Below, in pieces: positions 36,983 to 49,164 of a stretch of 64,000 bases of DNA (the first letter of the stretch is position 1; each line of letters opens with the position of its first letter). The DNA comes from Octopus bimaculoides (lineage: Eukaryota): the NCBI RefSeq assembly GCF_001194135.2, contig NC_068981.1, forward strand, positions 190,659,385 through 190,723,384, written 5' to 3'. The notes below the pieces were generated by a model that saw only the letters and a program-made list of their open reading frames with translations, had not been told where the DNA came from and ran no database searches. Made by a program: the position numbers and the translations under genes.

Positions 36983-38797
36983 TAGATAGATAAATATTTA
37001 TTTATATATACACACACACACACACACAAATATATACACTATACATACACGTCCCTGTTTCAGTGTGTGCATGTATTTATAAACATGTGTGCATATATAC
37101 ACACGTTCATGTATGTGTGTGTATGCATATCCATAAATACATGTATACACGCATACGTATGGAAATAAGGTACTCTCAAAAACATGCATAAATATGCATA
37201 AATACACGTATATATAAATATGTTTGTGCGTGTGTTTGGGGGAGAAGTACACGCACATATATACACAATATGTACTATTCGCTATATTTAACGTAACTTC
37301 ATAACTAAAAGAGCGAGAAATGATAATAAAAAGTTATTTCAATATAATCTTAGATACACGTTTTCTTTAACAAAGGTTGTATTTTATTAACTTTACAGTG
37401 TTCGGAATTGTGATGTGCAGAAAAATCTATGAAATCCGTACAGAACAGAGGGCGAACGTACAAAGGTTACATTGCGTTAAATAAATCTTCGGGTTGATTA
37501 TAACGACCAAAAATTTACTGCTTACTTCCGGGTCTCTTCACTTCCGCTGTTTACAGATTAATTACTTTTGCTGTATTGACAATATGGTGGAAGGAAAAAT
37601 ATCAAAAGGAAACATTATATANNNNNNNNNNNNNNNNNNNNNNNNNNNNNNNNNNNNNNNNNNNNNNNNNNNNNNNNNNNNNNNNNNNNNNNNNNNNNNN
37701 NNNNNNNNNNNNNNNNNNNNNNNNNNNNNNNNNNNNNNNNNNNNNNNNNNNNNNNNNNNNNNNNNNNNNNNNNNNNNNNNNNNNNNNNNNNNNNNNNNNN
37801 NNNNNNNNNNNNNNNNNNNNNNNNNNNNNNNNNNNNNNNNNNNNNNNNNNNNNNNNNNNNNNNNNNNNNNNNNNNNNNNNNNNNNNNNNNNNNNNNNNNN
37901 NNNNNNNNNNNNNNNNATATATATATATATATATATATAATATGCATACATACATTCACATAATAATATATGTTTGTGATTGGATTGTCACATGTGTAAT
38001 ACAGTGAGTTGCAAAACTTCGATAAACTGATATTATCCAAACAATTAGTTAACCAAACTCCTTTCTACAGTGTTTGATATAAAACAAGCTAGGGATTTAT
38101 TTCTAATATGATCAGAGGGCCAAAAATATGGGATCATTTAGACAAAGTGGACTTGAGTGAATCTGGTTTTTAAGTCAACACTTCAAAATATGCCCCCCTC
38201 CCCAAGGAATCATATTCTGAACAATTAGCAAGACTGAGAATGATCGATATATGTAGAGGGAGAGAGAGAGAGATAATAATGTTTATTAAGAGCGTTAATG
38301 TGACTAATAGAAAATACCTTAGGGGAACATCACAGAAGCTAAATGTACATACGGTAGGAACCCGCATACGTGACATATTAAGTTGTAAAACTTCAGTCAA
38401 CAATGACTTCCCCAAATAATTACAAAACAAGAATTCTCTCTCGAGGTATGTTAAATCTAAGAAGAAGAAAAAAAGAGAAAAAGGGGGATAACTCAAATAA
38501 GGTCAGTTGATAGAAATGTTTAGACATTAGAGGTAGTATAGATTAGAGTCGGTTAAGTTTGCTGCAGATACTTTCCTCCTCCTCCTTTATAAAATCGATA
38601 AATCCTGTATATAAGTTGTCATAAGTTACCAACATAGAACGTGTTTTTCGAAATAGGCTTACCTACATAATTTCCAACTCTCTCTCTCTACAGAGAAGTG
38701 GAAATTGTATATTAATGAAATATTGATAATAGATTCTTTTTTTTATTTCGTTTACTTTTAAATGATTATATAGCACACACACATACNNNNNNNNNNA

Positions 38798-38833
<36 letters not shown>

Positions 38834-38847
38834 TATATTTATATATT

Positions 38848-38882
<35 letters not shown>

Positions 38883-39332
38883 TTTTTTAGCTGAAACATG
38901 TTTCAAGTATCATATACTTTTACTTTATTAATGGGAAAAGATAATGATAGTGCGACCCACTGCCACAGGGATCTTTACTCCCACACTGGACCTGAACAAG
39001 CAAACAAAAAATGTATCACACTTGACCATCGCTAGCAGGAAAGAGACATTGGAAAATGTAATCCTAAATATATTATGTCTGAAAAATAAGTGGAGATAGT
39101 CACGTCTGGAATATCATTGATAGGAGGTTAGCACTATTACTGTGATCTGGAGCTAAATAGAATTTAAAAAAAGTTTATATTACTTGTCTGTGATGTTATC
39201 TGTCAATGTATTTATTCATTGATTGTATGAAATTCAAATGAAGACAGACTGGTCCTGATTTTTGTATGAAATGAATACTGTCTTGATACTGTAATACACG
39301 ACAAATATTTCATACAATATAGTTATTCTATT

Positions 39333-39998
39333 CTTTTACTTGTTTCAGTCATTTGACTGCAGCCATGCTGGAGAACCGCCTTTAGTCGAACAAATCGACC
39401 CCCAGGACTTATTCTTTGTAAGTCTAGAACTTATTCCATCGGTCTATTTTGCCGAACCGCTAGGTTACGGAGACATAAACACACCAGCATCGGTTGTCAA
39501 GCGATGGTGGTGGGACAAATACAGACACACAAATACATACATGCATACATATATATATATATATATANNNNNNNNNNNNNNNNNNNNNNNNNNNNNNNNN
39601 NNNNNNNNNNNNNNNNNNNNNNNNNNNNNNNNNNNNNNNNNNNNNNNNNNNNNNNNNNNNNNNNNNNNNNNNNNNNNNNNNNNNNNNNNNNNNNNNNNNN
39701 NNNNNNNNNNNNNNNNNNNNNNNNNNNNNNNNNNNNNNATACATATATATATATAGTAAATCCCAAAATAAAAACGAACAAACACAAAAAAACAACAACG
39801 TGAGGGCGTGGTACACGTAATGTATTAGCAGACGTATATTTGTACGACGGGCTTCTTTCAGTTTCCGCCTACCAAATCCACTCACAAGGTCCAAGGCTAT
39901 AGTAGAAGACACTTGCCCAAGGTACCATGCAGTAGGATTGAACCCGGGACCATGTGGTTGGGAAGCAACCTTTTTTACTATACAGCCACTCCTACACC
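39333..39998 (-). mobile_element. SINE family A, full length, with a gap and ~90 bp extra sequence in the internal microsatellite
   Basis: Tail at 39333-39540, head at 39845-39998. Confidence 0.88.
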
Positions 39999-40333
39999 TA
40001 CATAGTTATTGTTTTTTTTAAATTTTTTATGATGCATAAGCACAAGAAACGGTTAATACTTTGACCTGTGCAGAAAATTTATGTTGGCTGTCTGTATATT
40101 TATCGCTCTCCCTAGGTAATAGCATAAATTATGTTAATAACAAAGTATTAAACTCTGATATAGTTTCTTTTCTAAAGTGCACAGATGGCAACTATTCACT
40201 TCTTTTTCATATATATAATCACCTATCTTTAAGGATGCATAATGACAATATGGCTTGCTCTCAGCAACGATGTTGTCCTATCGCAACCAATGACTCATCA
40301 CCCTTGTTTCTCCTTTACATTGCTCGCTACACA

Positions 40334-40427
<94 letters not shown>

Positions 40428-42248
40428 ATAGCATCTGTTATCACTTCTCGGAATAAAAGCAGCGATGGAATTTTTGAAACCGACCTAATTCATGTTTACA
40501 CTATGATTTATTACTTTTCTTTATTCTCCTTTGAAGATACTTTCTGATTAAAAGGGGGCCTTACAAACGTTCCTTTTATGAGAAAGAAATTAAGCTTGAG
40601 ATTAATTGGATGTAGTCTTTCTTATTTATTTTTGGAAGCTGTACTAATATTTGATTTGTATTGATTTCCCTCAAGGCAATTCTTGAAAGGTTCACGTATT
40701 GTTGGTGCTAACTACTTGCTTAGAAGAAAGGCTGAAGAGATGTTCACTGGAATTTCACTCATTTTTCTAGCTATCACTTAAAGATAGCCAGATACGGTGT
40801 GTCTTAGACCATTGGTCTTGGGCTTTCGAGTCTACATCGCTAAACTACAGCCAAAGAAGAAGCTAAATTTTACCCCAACAAATTAATACAATTCATTTAT
40901 CAATTATTAATGAGTTCACAGCATGCAGTGATAAACTACCTTTTTCTTGTTACTACCTAGTTTAGTAACATGCAATGGAGCTATCAAGAGATGTGTTTTG
41001 CCCTGCGTTGATTGTACAAACAGTGACTCCTCTAGCTGATAGACTGACACCTCTGTCGATTGGCCAGTTACGACTGATGAAGTATAAACTCTCAGAATAA
41101 AAATCTGAATATGTTTGCTATTACATTACTACATGAAGGCTTCTGTAACATTAAACGGAGTTTTATATTCAACAGGCATATTAGAAATATTACAAATTTC
41201 CTTATGTCAAAAGTGGATTGTAAAAATATAATCATGTGTGGATGTTTTTGAAGCCGAAGATTTTTTGATCATTTAAGCAGAGGCGTAAGAGCGGCGTCCA
41301 TAAACTCTCTGGTGGTAAGAAAAGATGAAAAATTTATCGGAGATTAGAGGCTTGGCTTAAATTCTTGCAAAAGGGCGGCCTCATCGAAGGGCACCTATGT
41401 ATTACAATCTAACCCACAGATACCTTTAAGTAAGCACAGATAAGGAATAGAATCGAAGACTATTGTCGGCTTAATAATATTAGATAAGAAGACGCGTTAA
41501 TCGACAATAATGACACCAACGTAATGCTTACGGAAAACGAGTCATGCGTCAAACAAACGACTGCAAAATATATTTAAAAAATCAAGAAAGAGACTTTATT
41601 TCATGCACTTTTCGAATGAACTTCTTTGGTGCCTGTTTTACTCGGATGGATCTCCATAACCATTTGACGTTTTAAAAATCCTGTTGTATTTTTGTAATGA
41701 AATATTATTACGAATTGTATTTAAAAATTGTTAAAATATTTTATGTAATGTAAAAGTATAAGTAATTTAATGCACATAAATTTTAACAACATATATGGAC
41801 TCTCCCCCAAGGGTCATATGGACACCCGTTGAAAACCACTGGGTTACATGATAGTGTTAAACAAGGCGACAGATTAATAATGGTTTAGTGAAATATAAGA
41901 CATTAATAGTTCTTAAACAGACTAAAAGTAATCACATGAGAAAGACTTAGTTTGAAGTCTTGTTTTGTAATGTTGTAGTTACTTTGTGAAGTAAGGAAAA
42001 CAAGAAAGCCATTATTCCTTAACGTTATGGAATAATAATTTTATATTTCACACAAAGATTCGCAGTAACATATTTAAGATATAAACGTTATCTAGAAAAA
42101 AATGGTCTTTATATGCTTTCAAAGACATAAATTTCAGGCGTATCTTTATCTTTCACAATACCTGTTTAAGTATCGTGAAAGAAAAGTCTAAACTTTTAAA
42201 CGTTTTACAAATTCATTGTCATGTGAAACATCATCATCATCATTAATA

Positions 42249-42320
<72 letters not shown>

Positions 42321-42325
<5 letters not shown>

Positions 42326-42506
42326 TAGTTTTATTTTTATAACGTGCTTTCACTTCACTACCGAGCGCAGCTCTGTGCGCCTTGGGTATGTGCTGTGGTT
42401 TGCTGTGGTGCTCTTATGTTTACTGTATTGAAAGTGTTTTGCGTAGAATGTGTGCAGTACCCAGTAGTGCAATTTTCTGTATGTTATATATATTTGTAAG
42501 TCCTGG

Positions 42507-42510
<4 letters not shown>
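42321..42510 (-). mobile_element. 5'-truncated Dong/R4-like LINE 3' end inserted in (TAA)n
   Basis: Near-identical reverse complement of 62350-62548 (encodes IQKIALLGTAHILRKTLS*); (ATT)n on both sides. Confidence 0.88.
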
Positions 42511-42569
<59 letters not shown>

Positions 42570-42574
42570 GCGGC

Positions 42575-43310
42575 ATGAAGGCGGCGAGCTGACAAAATCG
42601 TTAGAACGCCACACAAATTGCCGAGCGGCGTTTCTTTGGGCATTACGTTCTGAGTTCAAATGCCGCCGAGGTCGACTTTGCCCTTCATCCTTTCGGAGTC
42701 GATAAATTAAGTATCAGTTGAGCAATGGGGTCGATGTAATCGACTTACTGGCCTTGTTATTAGCGGCATGTCTTTTGGCATGTCCTTTGGCAACAGAAAT
42801 GAACGGACCGGTACCCTGCGAAAATGATGACCGTCAAAATAAAGGGCGTTATTATTAATCATTATTGTTATTGAGGCGGTGAGCCAACAAAACCATTAGC
42901 TCACAGGGCAAAAGGATTAGCAGTATTTCCTCTAGTTTTACGTTGTGTGTTCAAATTCCGCTGAGGTCATTAGAATAAGTACCAAGTCAAGCACTAGGGT
43001 TATGTAATCGATCAGCCTCTTCCCCTAAATTTCAAGTCTTGTTCCTATCGTAGAAAGAATCCTTATCACTGGCGTTATTATTTGTAATTCTGTTAAGGCG
43101 ATAAGCTGGCAGAATCGCTAGCACGCCGGACGAAATGCTCAGCGACATTTCGTCCGTCTTTGCGTTCTGAGTTCAAATACTGCCAAGGTCGACTTTGCCT
43201 TTCATCCTTTCGGGGGTCGATGAAACAAAGTACCAGTGGTGTACTGAGATCGATGTAATCGAATTAGTCCTTCCCTGAACTTGCTGGCTTTGAGCCTACA
43301 TTAGAAAGGG
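42575..43310 (+). mobile_element. Cluster of three SINE family B copies in the same orientation
   Basis: Heads aggcggcgagctg.c.gaatcg(t/c)tag at ~42579, ~42875 and ~43095, each preceded by TTA-rich sequence. Confidence 0.85.
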
Positions 43311-43358
43311 TTATTTGTAATTGTGTGTTGACGTTTCAGTCTTGTGAATCATTTTAAA

Positions 43359-43625
43359 GTGTGAAGGCGCGTGGCCCAGTGGTTAGGGTGTCGCGCTCAT
43401 GATCTAGAGATCGTAAGTTCGATTCCCAGACCGAGCAACGCGTTGTGTACTTGAGCAAAACTCTTCCTTTAACGTTGCTCCAGTCCATTCAGGTAACCCT
43501 ATGACGAACTCGCCATCCGATCAGGGGGAATGTTGGCCTGCTCTCCTAAGCCAGCATAACAGCATCGTTCGAAAGCTAAAACGATGCAAAGCGCACTGTG
43601 ACCAGCGATGTATAACAACATCCAA
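43359..43625 (+). mobile_element. tRNA-derived SINE family D with tail type 2
   Basis: GTGTGAAGGCGCGTGGCCCAGTGGTTAGGG...AGTTCGATTCCC head as at 12055 but a different 3' part. Confidence 0.8.
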
Positions 43626-44138
43626 TAGTCTAGTCGATCTCGGGAAATTAAAAGCAACCTTTTAATAAGCTCCAATAACTCAATAATCAATGCTTATCTT
43701 CGATTTTCAGAGTAACATTAAACAGTTTGGAAATACTTTCCTACATGTAAAACTTTTCATGCCGACTGGTAATTATTCCTTTTTGTTAAATTGCTAAGTT
43801 ACGGGAACGAAAACAAACCAGCACCGGTTGCCAAGCGGTGGGGGGTGAACAAACACACACATCTATACATACATACATGCATTATATATATATATATATA
43901 TATATATATNNNNNNNNNNNNNNNNNNNNNNNNNNNNNNNNNNNNNNNNNNNNNNNNNNNNNNNNNNNNNNNNNNNNNNNNNNNNNNNNNNNNNNNNNNN
44001 NNNNNNNNNNNNNNNNNNNNNNNNNNNNNNNNNNNNNNNNNNNNNNNNNNNNNNNNNNNNNNNNNNNNNNNNNNNNNNNNNNNNNNNNNNNNNNNNNNNN
44101 NNNNNNNNNNNNNNNNNNNNNNNNNNNNNNNNNTATAT

Positions 44139-45310
44139 ATCTGACGGTACGCCATAAAGCTAAACACATTTTGGACGGGAAGCTTAAGGTAATCCCATAA
44201 ACTGGCCTTCCCCATTTTAAAGATATATATGTATATATATAGATTCGACAGGCTACCATACAGTTTTCAGTCAACTAAAATCACTCCCGCGGCATTAATC
44301 GGTCTGCGGCTATAGTAGAAGACACTTGCCCAATGTACAGCTCTGTGGGACTGAACCCCAAAACACGTGGTTCTTAACCACACTACCTATGTATTTCTCT
44401 TGGTGTTAGTTTGCAATTCCCACAGAGATATATATGATCTCAACACACACGGGCAAATGTCATCATGCTCCTACCCCGAAATTTACAAAATTTCCAAGAA
44501 TTGATAATGTGTATAATTTATTTTCCCGTCCAAAATGTGTTTAGCTTTATGGCGTACCGTCAGATCCCCCAAAACCTGTTGGCCCATGACCTCTTCAAAA
44601 GGTAATCCCATAAACCTTCGCCATTTTTAATATATACTGCTCCATGTCTTAGAGTGTGCTCCTTCTTTCGGATTTATGGTTTCTACACACGATACACACA
44701 CGCGCGCGCACACAAACATACACACACATTGAATTTCCACAGTTTCAGTCTGCAAAATCCACTCACGGAGCCTGATACTTGCCGAAAGTGCAGCGCTGCA
44801 GGGCCGAACCCGATATCATATGGCTACTATCCGGGCTTCCTAACCACACAGCTATGCCTGCGCCTTTATTTAGAAATTTATTTCACCATTGGCCAACATT
44901 CATGGGAATCATCTCGCCCCTCAAATAATTTTACCTTATATTACTCATAATTTGCTGTTGTAATTAAAGCTAATAGCTGTTTATCAATGATTGTCGTTTG
45001 GGTTAATAAATTACCAGGAAATAAATTATACACATTATCAATTCTTGGAAATTTTGTAAATTTCGGGGTAGGAGCACGATGACATTTGCCCGTGTGTGTT
45101 GAGATCATATATATCTCTGTGGGAATTGCAAACTAACACCAAGAGAAATACATAGGTAGTGTGGTTAAGAACCACGTGTTTTGGGGTTCAGTCCCACAGA
45201 GCTGTACATTGGGCAAGTGTCTTCTACTATAGCCGCAGACCGATTAATGCCGCGGGAGTGATTTTAGTTGACTGAAAACTGTATGGTAGCCTGTCGAATC
45301 TATATATATA
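44139..45310. repeat. Nested near-perfect inverted duplications (43 bp and ~292 bp arms)
   Basis: 44139-44181 is the reverse complement of 44523-44565; 44232-44523 is the reverse complement of 45019-45310 with one mismatch seen. Confidence 0.92.
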
Positions 45311-45380
45311 TATAATATTATATTTTATCATGTTATGTTATATTATATTATATTATATTATATTATATTATATTATATTA

Positions 45381-45524
45381 TAGGAAAAATTAAAAACAAG
45401 GCAGAACGAATATCTCGAGTCATTTAGAATAGTTTAATTGGGATAAGAATAATTTCATTAGGGTAAGGTGAATTCTAATTGACTTTAAGATACTCGTTCT
45501 GCCTCGGTTTTGATTTTCCCTCTA
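45381..45524. mobile_element. MITE-like palindrome, ~50-bp imperfect TIRs
   Basis: taggaaaaattaaaaacaaggcagaacgaatatct...ttagaat versus attctaattgac...agatactcgttctgcctcggttttgattttccc. Confidence 0.7.
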
Positions 45525-45689
45525 ATATAATATAAACATGCTATAACGGAACCCTAACATGGATCCTTAGATCCAGCCTTAGCAGTTATCTTGGAACCTA
45601 ACGGTCGACCAACTATAGCACTTACCCAGCGTACCTATTCGCTTAGATCACAAGTGAACTAAACCCCACATATTTTTTATATGTGTGTG

Positions 45690-45905
45690 TGTGAGTCCTT
45701 GTCTTTGTGTTTGCCACTCCCCCACCGCTTGACAATCGGTGTTGGTTCATTTACGTCTCCATGATATAGCGGTTCGGCAAAAGAAGCTGATAAAATAAGT
45801 ACTAGACTTCATTTTATAAAAATCAACATTTGCATTGGAGTAGGTTTGTTCGATTAAAACCTTTCAAGGCGGTGCCCCAGCGTGGCCGCAGTCAAATGAC
45901 AGAAA
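45690..45905 (+). mobile_element. SINE family A 3' half
   Basis: cgcttgacaatcggtgttgg...ggccgcagtcaaatgac. Confidence 0.8.
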
Positions 45906-46004
45906 CGACGTAACACAACTTTCCGATTCGTTTCTTAGAAGTTACCAAGCTTTCTTCTTATTTAGACATAAATTATATTTTGAGATGCATACAAGTTAAA
46001 TATA

Positions 46005-46170
46005 CTTTTCTCCTCTAGGCACAAGGCACGAAATTTTGGGGGAGGGGGCCAGTCAATCAGACCGAACCCAGTACGTAACTGGTACTTAATTTATCGACCC
46101 CGAAAAGATAAAAGGCAAAGTCGACCTCGCTGAAATTTGAACTTAGAACGTAAAGACAGACGAAATACCT
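46005..46170 (-). mobile_element. SINE family B, 5'-truncated
   Basis: taggcacaagg...ctggtacttaatttatcgaccccgaaaag...aaatttgaacttagaacgtaaagac. Confidence 0.82.
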
Positions 46171-46189
46171 CCTTTGATCCGTCTTTTGA

Positions 46190-46578
46190 TCGAAGAAATC
46201 GACCCCCAGGATTTATTCTTTGTAAGCCTGGTACTTATTCTATCGGTCTCTTTTGCCGAACCGCTAAGTTACGTGGACGCAAACACACCAACATCGGTTG
46301 TCAAGCGATGGTAGAGGGACAAACACAGACACAAAAACACAAATATATACATATNNNNNNNNNNNNNNNNNNNNNNNNNNNNNNNNNNNNNATATATATA
46401 TATATATATACGACAGGCTTCTTTCAGTTTCGTCTATCAAATCCACTCACAAGCCTTTGATCGACCCGAAGCTGGCTATAAGTTAAAGACACTTGCTTTA
46501 GGTGCCACGCAGTGCAGCTGAACTCGGGATCATGTGGTTGGGAAGCAAGCTTCATACCACACAGCCACGCCTGCGCCT
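46190..46578 (-). mobile_element. SINE family A, near full length
   Basis: Collinear; small gap in the internal (TA)n. Confidence 0.88.
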
Positions 46579-46897
46579 GATTTGTAGAAATGGTTTTTTC
46601 TGGATTCGTTATTTCCGTTTTATGAAACAGGGATACTAAAACATGAAGTTTATATCACATCTCTTGTCTTTTCCTGTGATGGAAACACCTCCTTACATCG
46701 TGGTTTAATCTGTATATAATAACAAAACTTCCATATTCCTAAATCACTACATTTTCCAGTTTCAATCAATTAAAAATTCGGTGCGTCGACCAGCTTTAAA
46801 AAACATTTTCTTCTCTCTTCTTTCGATTTTGACTTATCACCTCTACTTTATATATATATAGAAAACAAAGTTATTTTATTCCATGCGGGTAGAAATA

Positions 46898-47144
46898 TAG
46901 GAAAAATAGAAGTTGAAAATGCACTGAGAATAGTTAAAATGTTTTTTTATTATTACAATTAAAGATTTAATCGGTTTCACAGTTTACACTGATTCAGAAG
47001 CAAAACAGCTGCGACATAAGCCACGTCTTTCTATTTCAAATTTTTGAAAATCAATGTCAACTGTGAAACCGGTTAAATATTTAAATATAATAATAATAAA
47101 TATTTTAACTATTCTCAGTGCATTTTCAACTTCTATTTTTCCTA
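46898..47144. mobile_element. MITE-like palindrome with ~97-bp TIRs
   Basis: 46898-46994 is roughly the reverse complement of 47049-47144 (taggaaaaatagaagttgaaaatgcactgagaatagttaaaat... perfect over ~40 bp). Confidence 0.85.
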
Positions 47145-47339
47145 CATATATATATATATATAAAGCCGGGCGGATTTGTTATTTTTTCTCTTTACCTGCG
47201 TGAGTTGGGAGTATTGCTGTTTGGGAGATATCTTATGGTAGAGGAATAGTATTTAACTGCTATTTCTAAATTTAGGTATGTGGTGAAGGCATTTTGCTGA
47301 ACCCTAATTATAATTATGCTTATAATTATGGAATTTTTG

Positions 47340-47377
<38 letters not shown>

Positions 47378-47465
47378 CATACATTTCAGAATGTAACTAC
47401 ATGTGGACTGTTGTCGATTTTTTTTTCCTCCGTCTTCCTCTTCTCTTGGACTTTCCTCTGTCTCC

Positions 47466-47502
47466 TGTTTCTGATGAAGAGCTTTGCCCGAAACGTAAAA
47501 CA
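47466..47502 (+). ncRNA. Minimal type I hammerhead ribozyme motif (PLE/retrozyme-like)
   Basis: UGUUU-CUGAUGA-A-GAGC(UUU)GCCC-GAAA-CGUA-AAACA: stem I UGUUU/AAACA, stem II with one A.C mismatch, palindromic ACGU at helix III. Confidence 0.72.
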
Positions 47503-47595
47503 CCTTTTCTTTCCTTCCCTGAGCGTCTTTTAATACTTTGCATGTACCACGTCCTCGTGTTTTTGGTTTTTTTCTTCGCTTTTTGGTGAGGATTG

Positions 47596-47640
<45 letters not shown>

Positions 47641-48167
47641 AACGTAAATTTTTGTTCATTGTTTACCTCTCGTCGATATGATTATTTTGATTAATTAAAT
47701 AGTATCGACTAATTGAAATTATCGTTCGTCGCTATTCTGAATGTACGAAAACTTATTAAAAAAACTCTTAGACGTAAAAAAGTGACATCACTCGAAAAAA
47801 CACAGGAAACGTTCTATAGTTTGTTTAATGGGCGTTTTCTCTTCATTGTTTTATTTGTATAATAAAACTTGGTAATTCCCCCCCCCCACTACATTCGTGT
47901 AGTGCTATTATATAAATTGTATTGATAATGTGTAACAAAGACATGTATTGTCAGTTAAATAAGCAACTTAAAATACTATTTGTTTAATTGTTTCGACCCT
48001 TATTTGTTTTATTTGTCATTCCTCGTGGCTTTTCCACTCCGTTCAAATAAATATGTTAGCACTTAGTTTACAATATTTACAAGATATTTTAGCTGATGAA
48101 AAGGGATGCCGCAAATTCTACTCTAGGATAACGTGCAAACTATACCTATATCTATGTATACGTGTAT

Positions 48168-48722
48168 GGCATACCTACACCGACTTTGTTTCCTCAAAAA
48201 CCCCAGAAAAATGGCTATTTTTAATGACATTTTCTACAAATATAGATAGCGTAGATTACCATTATGCTGGAATTTAATATGAGAAAACAAAAACCAGAAA
48301 ACTGATGGCCTCGAACACATACATACTGACACACATCACGAAGTTTTGTTTCGAAATTTCGTGTTTCATTTTGTAATATATGTCAGTATGTATGTGTGCA
48401 AGCCCATCAGTATTTTTCTTTCTTTTTTTCGTATTAAATTCTGCTATAATCGTAATCTACACCATCTGAAATGTATGTAGAGAAAATTTCATTAAAATCT
48501 CCATTTTCAGAAAGTTGTGAGGACACAAAACCAACTCGTGTGAATTTTCCGAGACTCCTCTCCCCATCTCCGGAAAAAAGCATTTTCACTGCAAATTCCG
48601 TTATAATCGGAACCTACGCATTCTGAAACATATTTGTAGAAAATTACATTAAAAAATATTCATTCTTCAGGAAGTTATGAAGGAACAAATTTGGGGTGGT
48701 GGCACACTTGTGAAAGTATGCC
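48168..48722. mobile_element. Foldback-like element: GGCATAC...GTATGCC termini, ~130-bp arm units, central ~38-bp inverted repeat
   Basis: 48170-48272 is roughly the reverse complement of 48437-48530; a further unit at 48590-48722; central IR 48299-48415; related units at ~3180-3412 and 50170-50412. Confidence 0.7.
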
Positions 48723-48956
48723 TATCGGTATAAAAAAAAACGCTATCTGCCTGCGATGTGTATGTTAGTCACAATCCCCCATCGTGTTCTGTTATCTTTT
48801 ATACCTGTTTCACGAGACAGCTGTGTAAGGAAGTGGGCATATACCATCCTGTGTATCCCAATTCCGTACATTAAATTTTTCAAGGAAGAAAACGGAACGC
48901 AGACTCTAAACTAAAACAGCACAACAAATATTTTATTACAGTAGAATTCTGCTCAC

Positions 48957-49034
48957 ACTAGGAGGGAATTCGGTAGCATGTCGCCTTTTGGTTAGATGAG
49001 ACGCCGCCAATGAAGTTGCATGGTTTGAAGCCAT
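48957..49034 (-). CDS. Candidate first coding exon MASNHATSLAASHLTKRRHATEFPPS; product unknown
   Basis: GAAATGG Kozak context ~140 bp from the promoter motifs, 26 open codons, then a GTGAGC donor-like sequence. No second exon found. Confidence 0.35.
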
Positions 49035-49164
49035 TTCCTGCTCTCTGGTTAACTATGTGCATTCATTGTAGAGTTGATGGAGAGCTGCTGTCGAGACGTC
49101 TAGCTTCCACGAAGTTCAGTAAGCAAAAGAGGCAGAGAGACACGGGAACGCTTGGATATTGGAT

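Noticed and set aside
37398-37490. Acceptor plus open frame FGIVMCRKIYEIRTEQRANVQRLHCVK*
   Set aside because: Could be a terminal exon but shows no family resemblance or supporting context.
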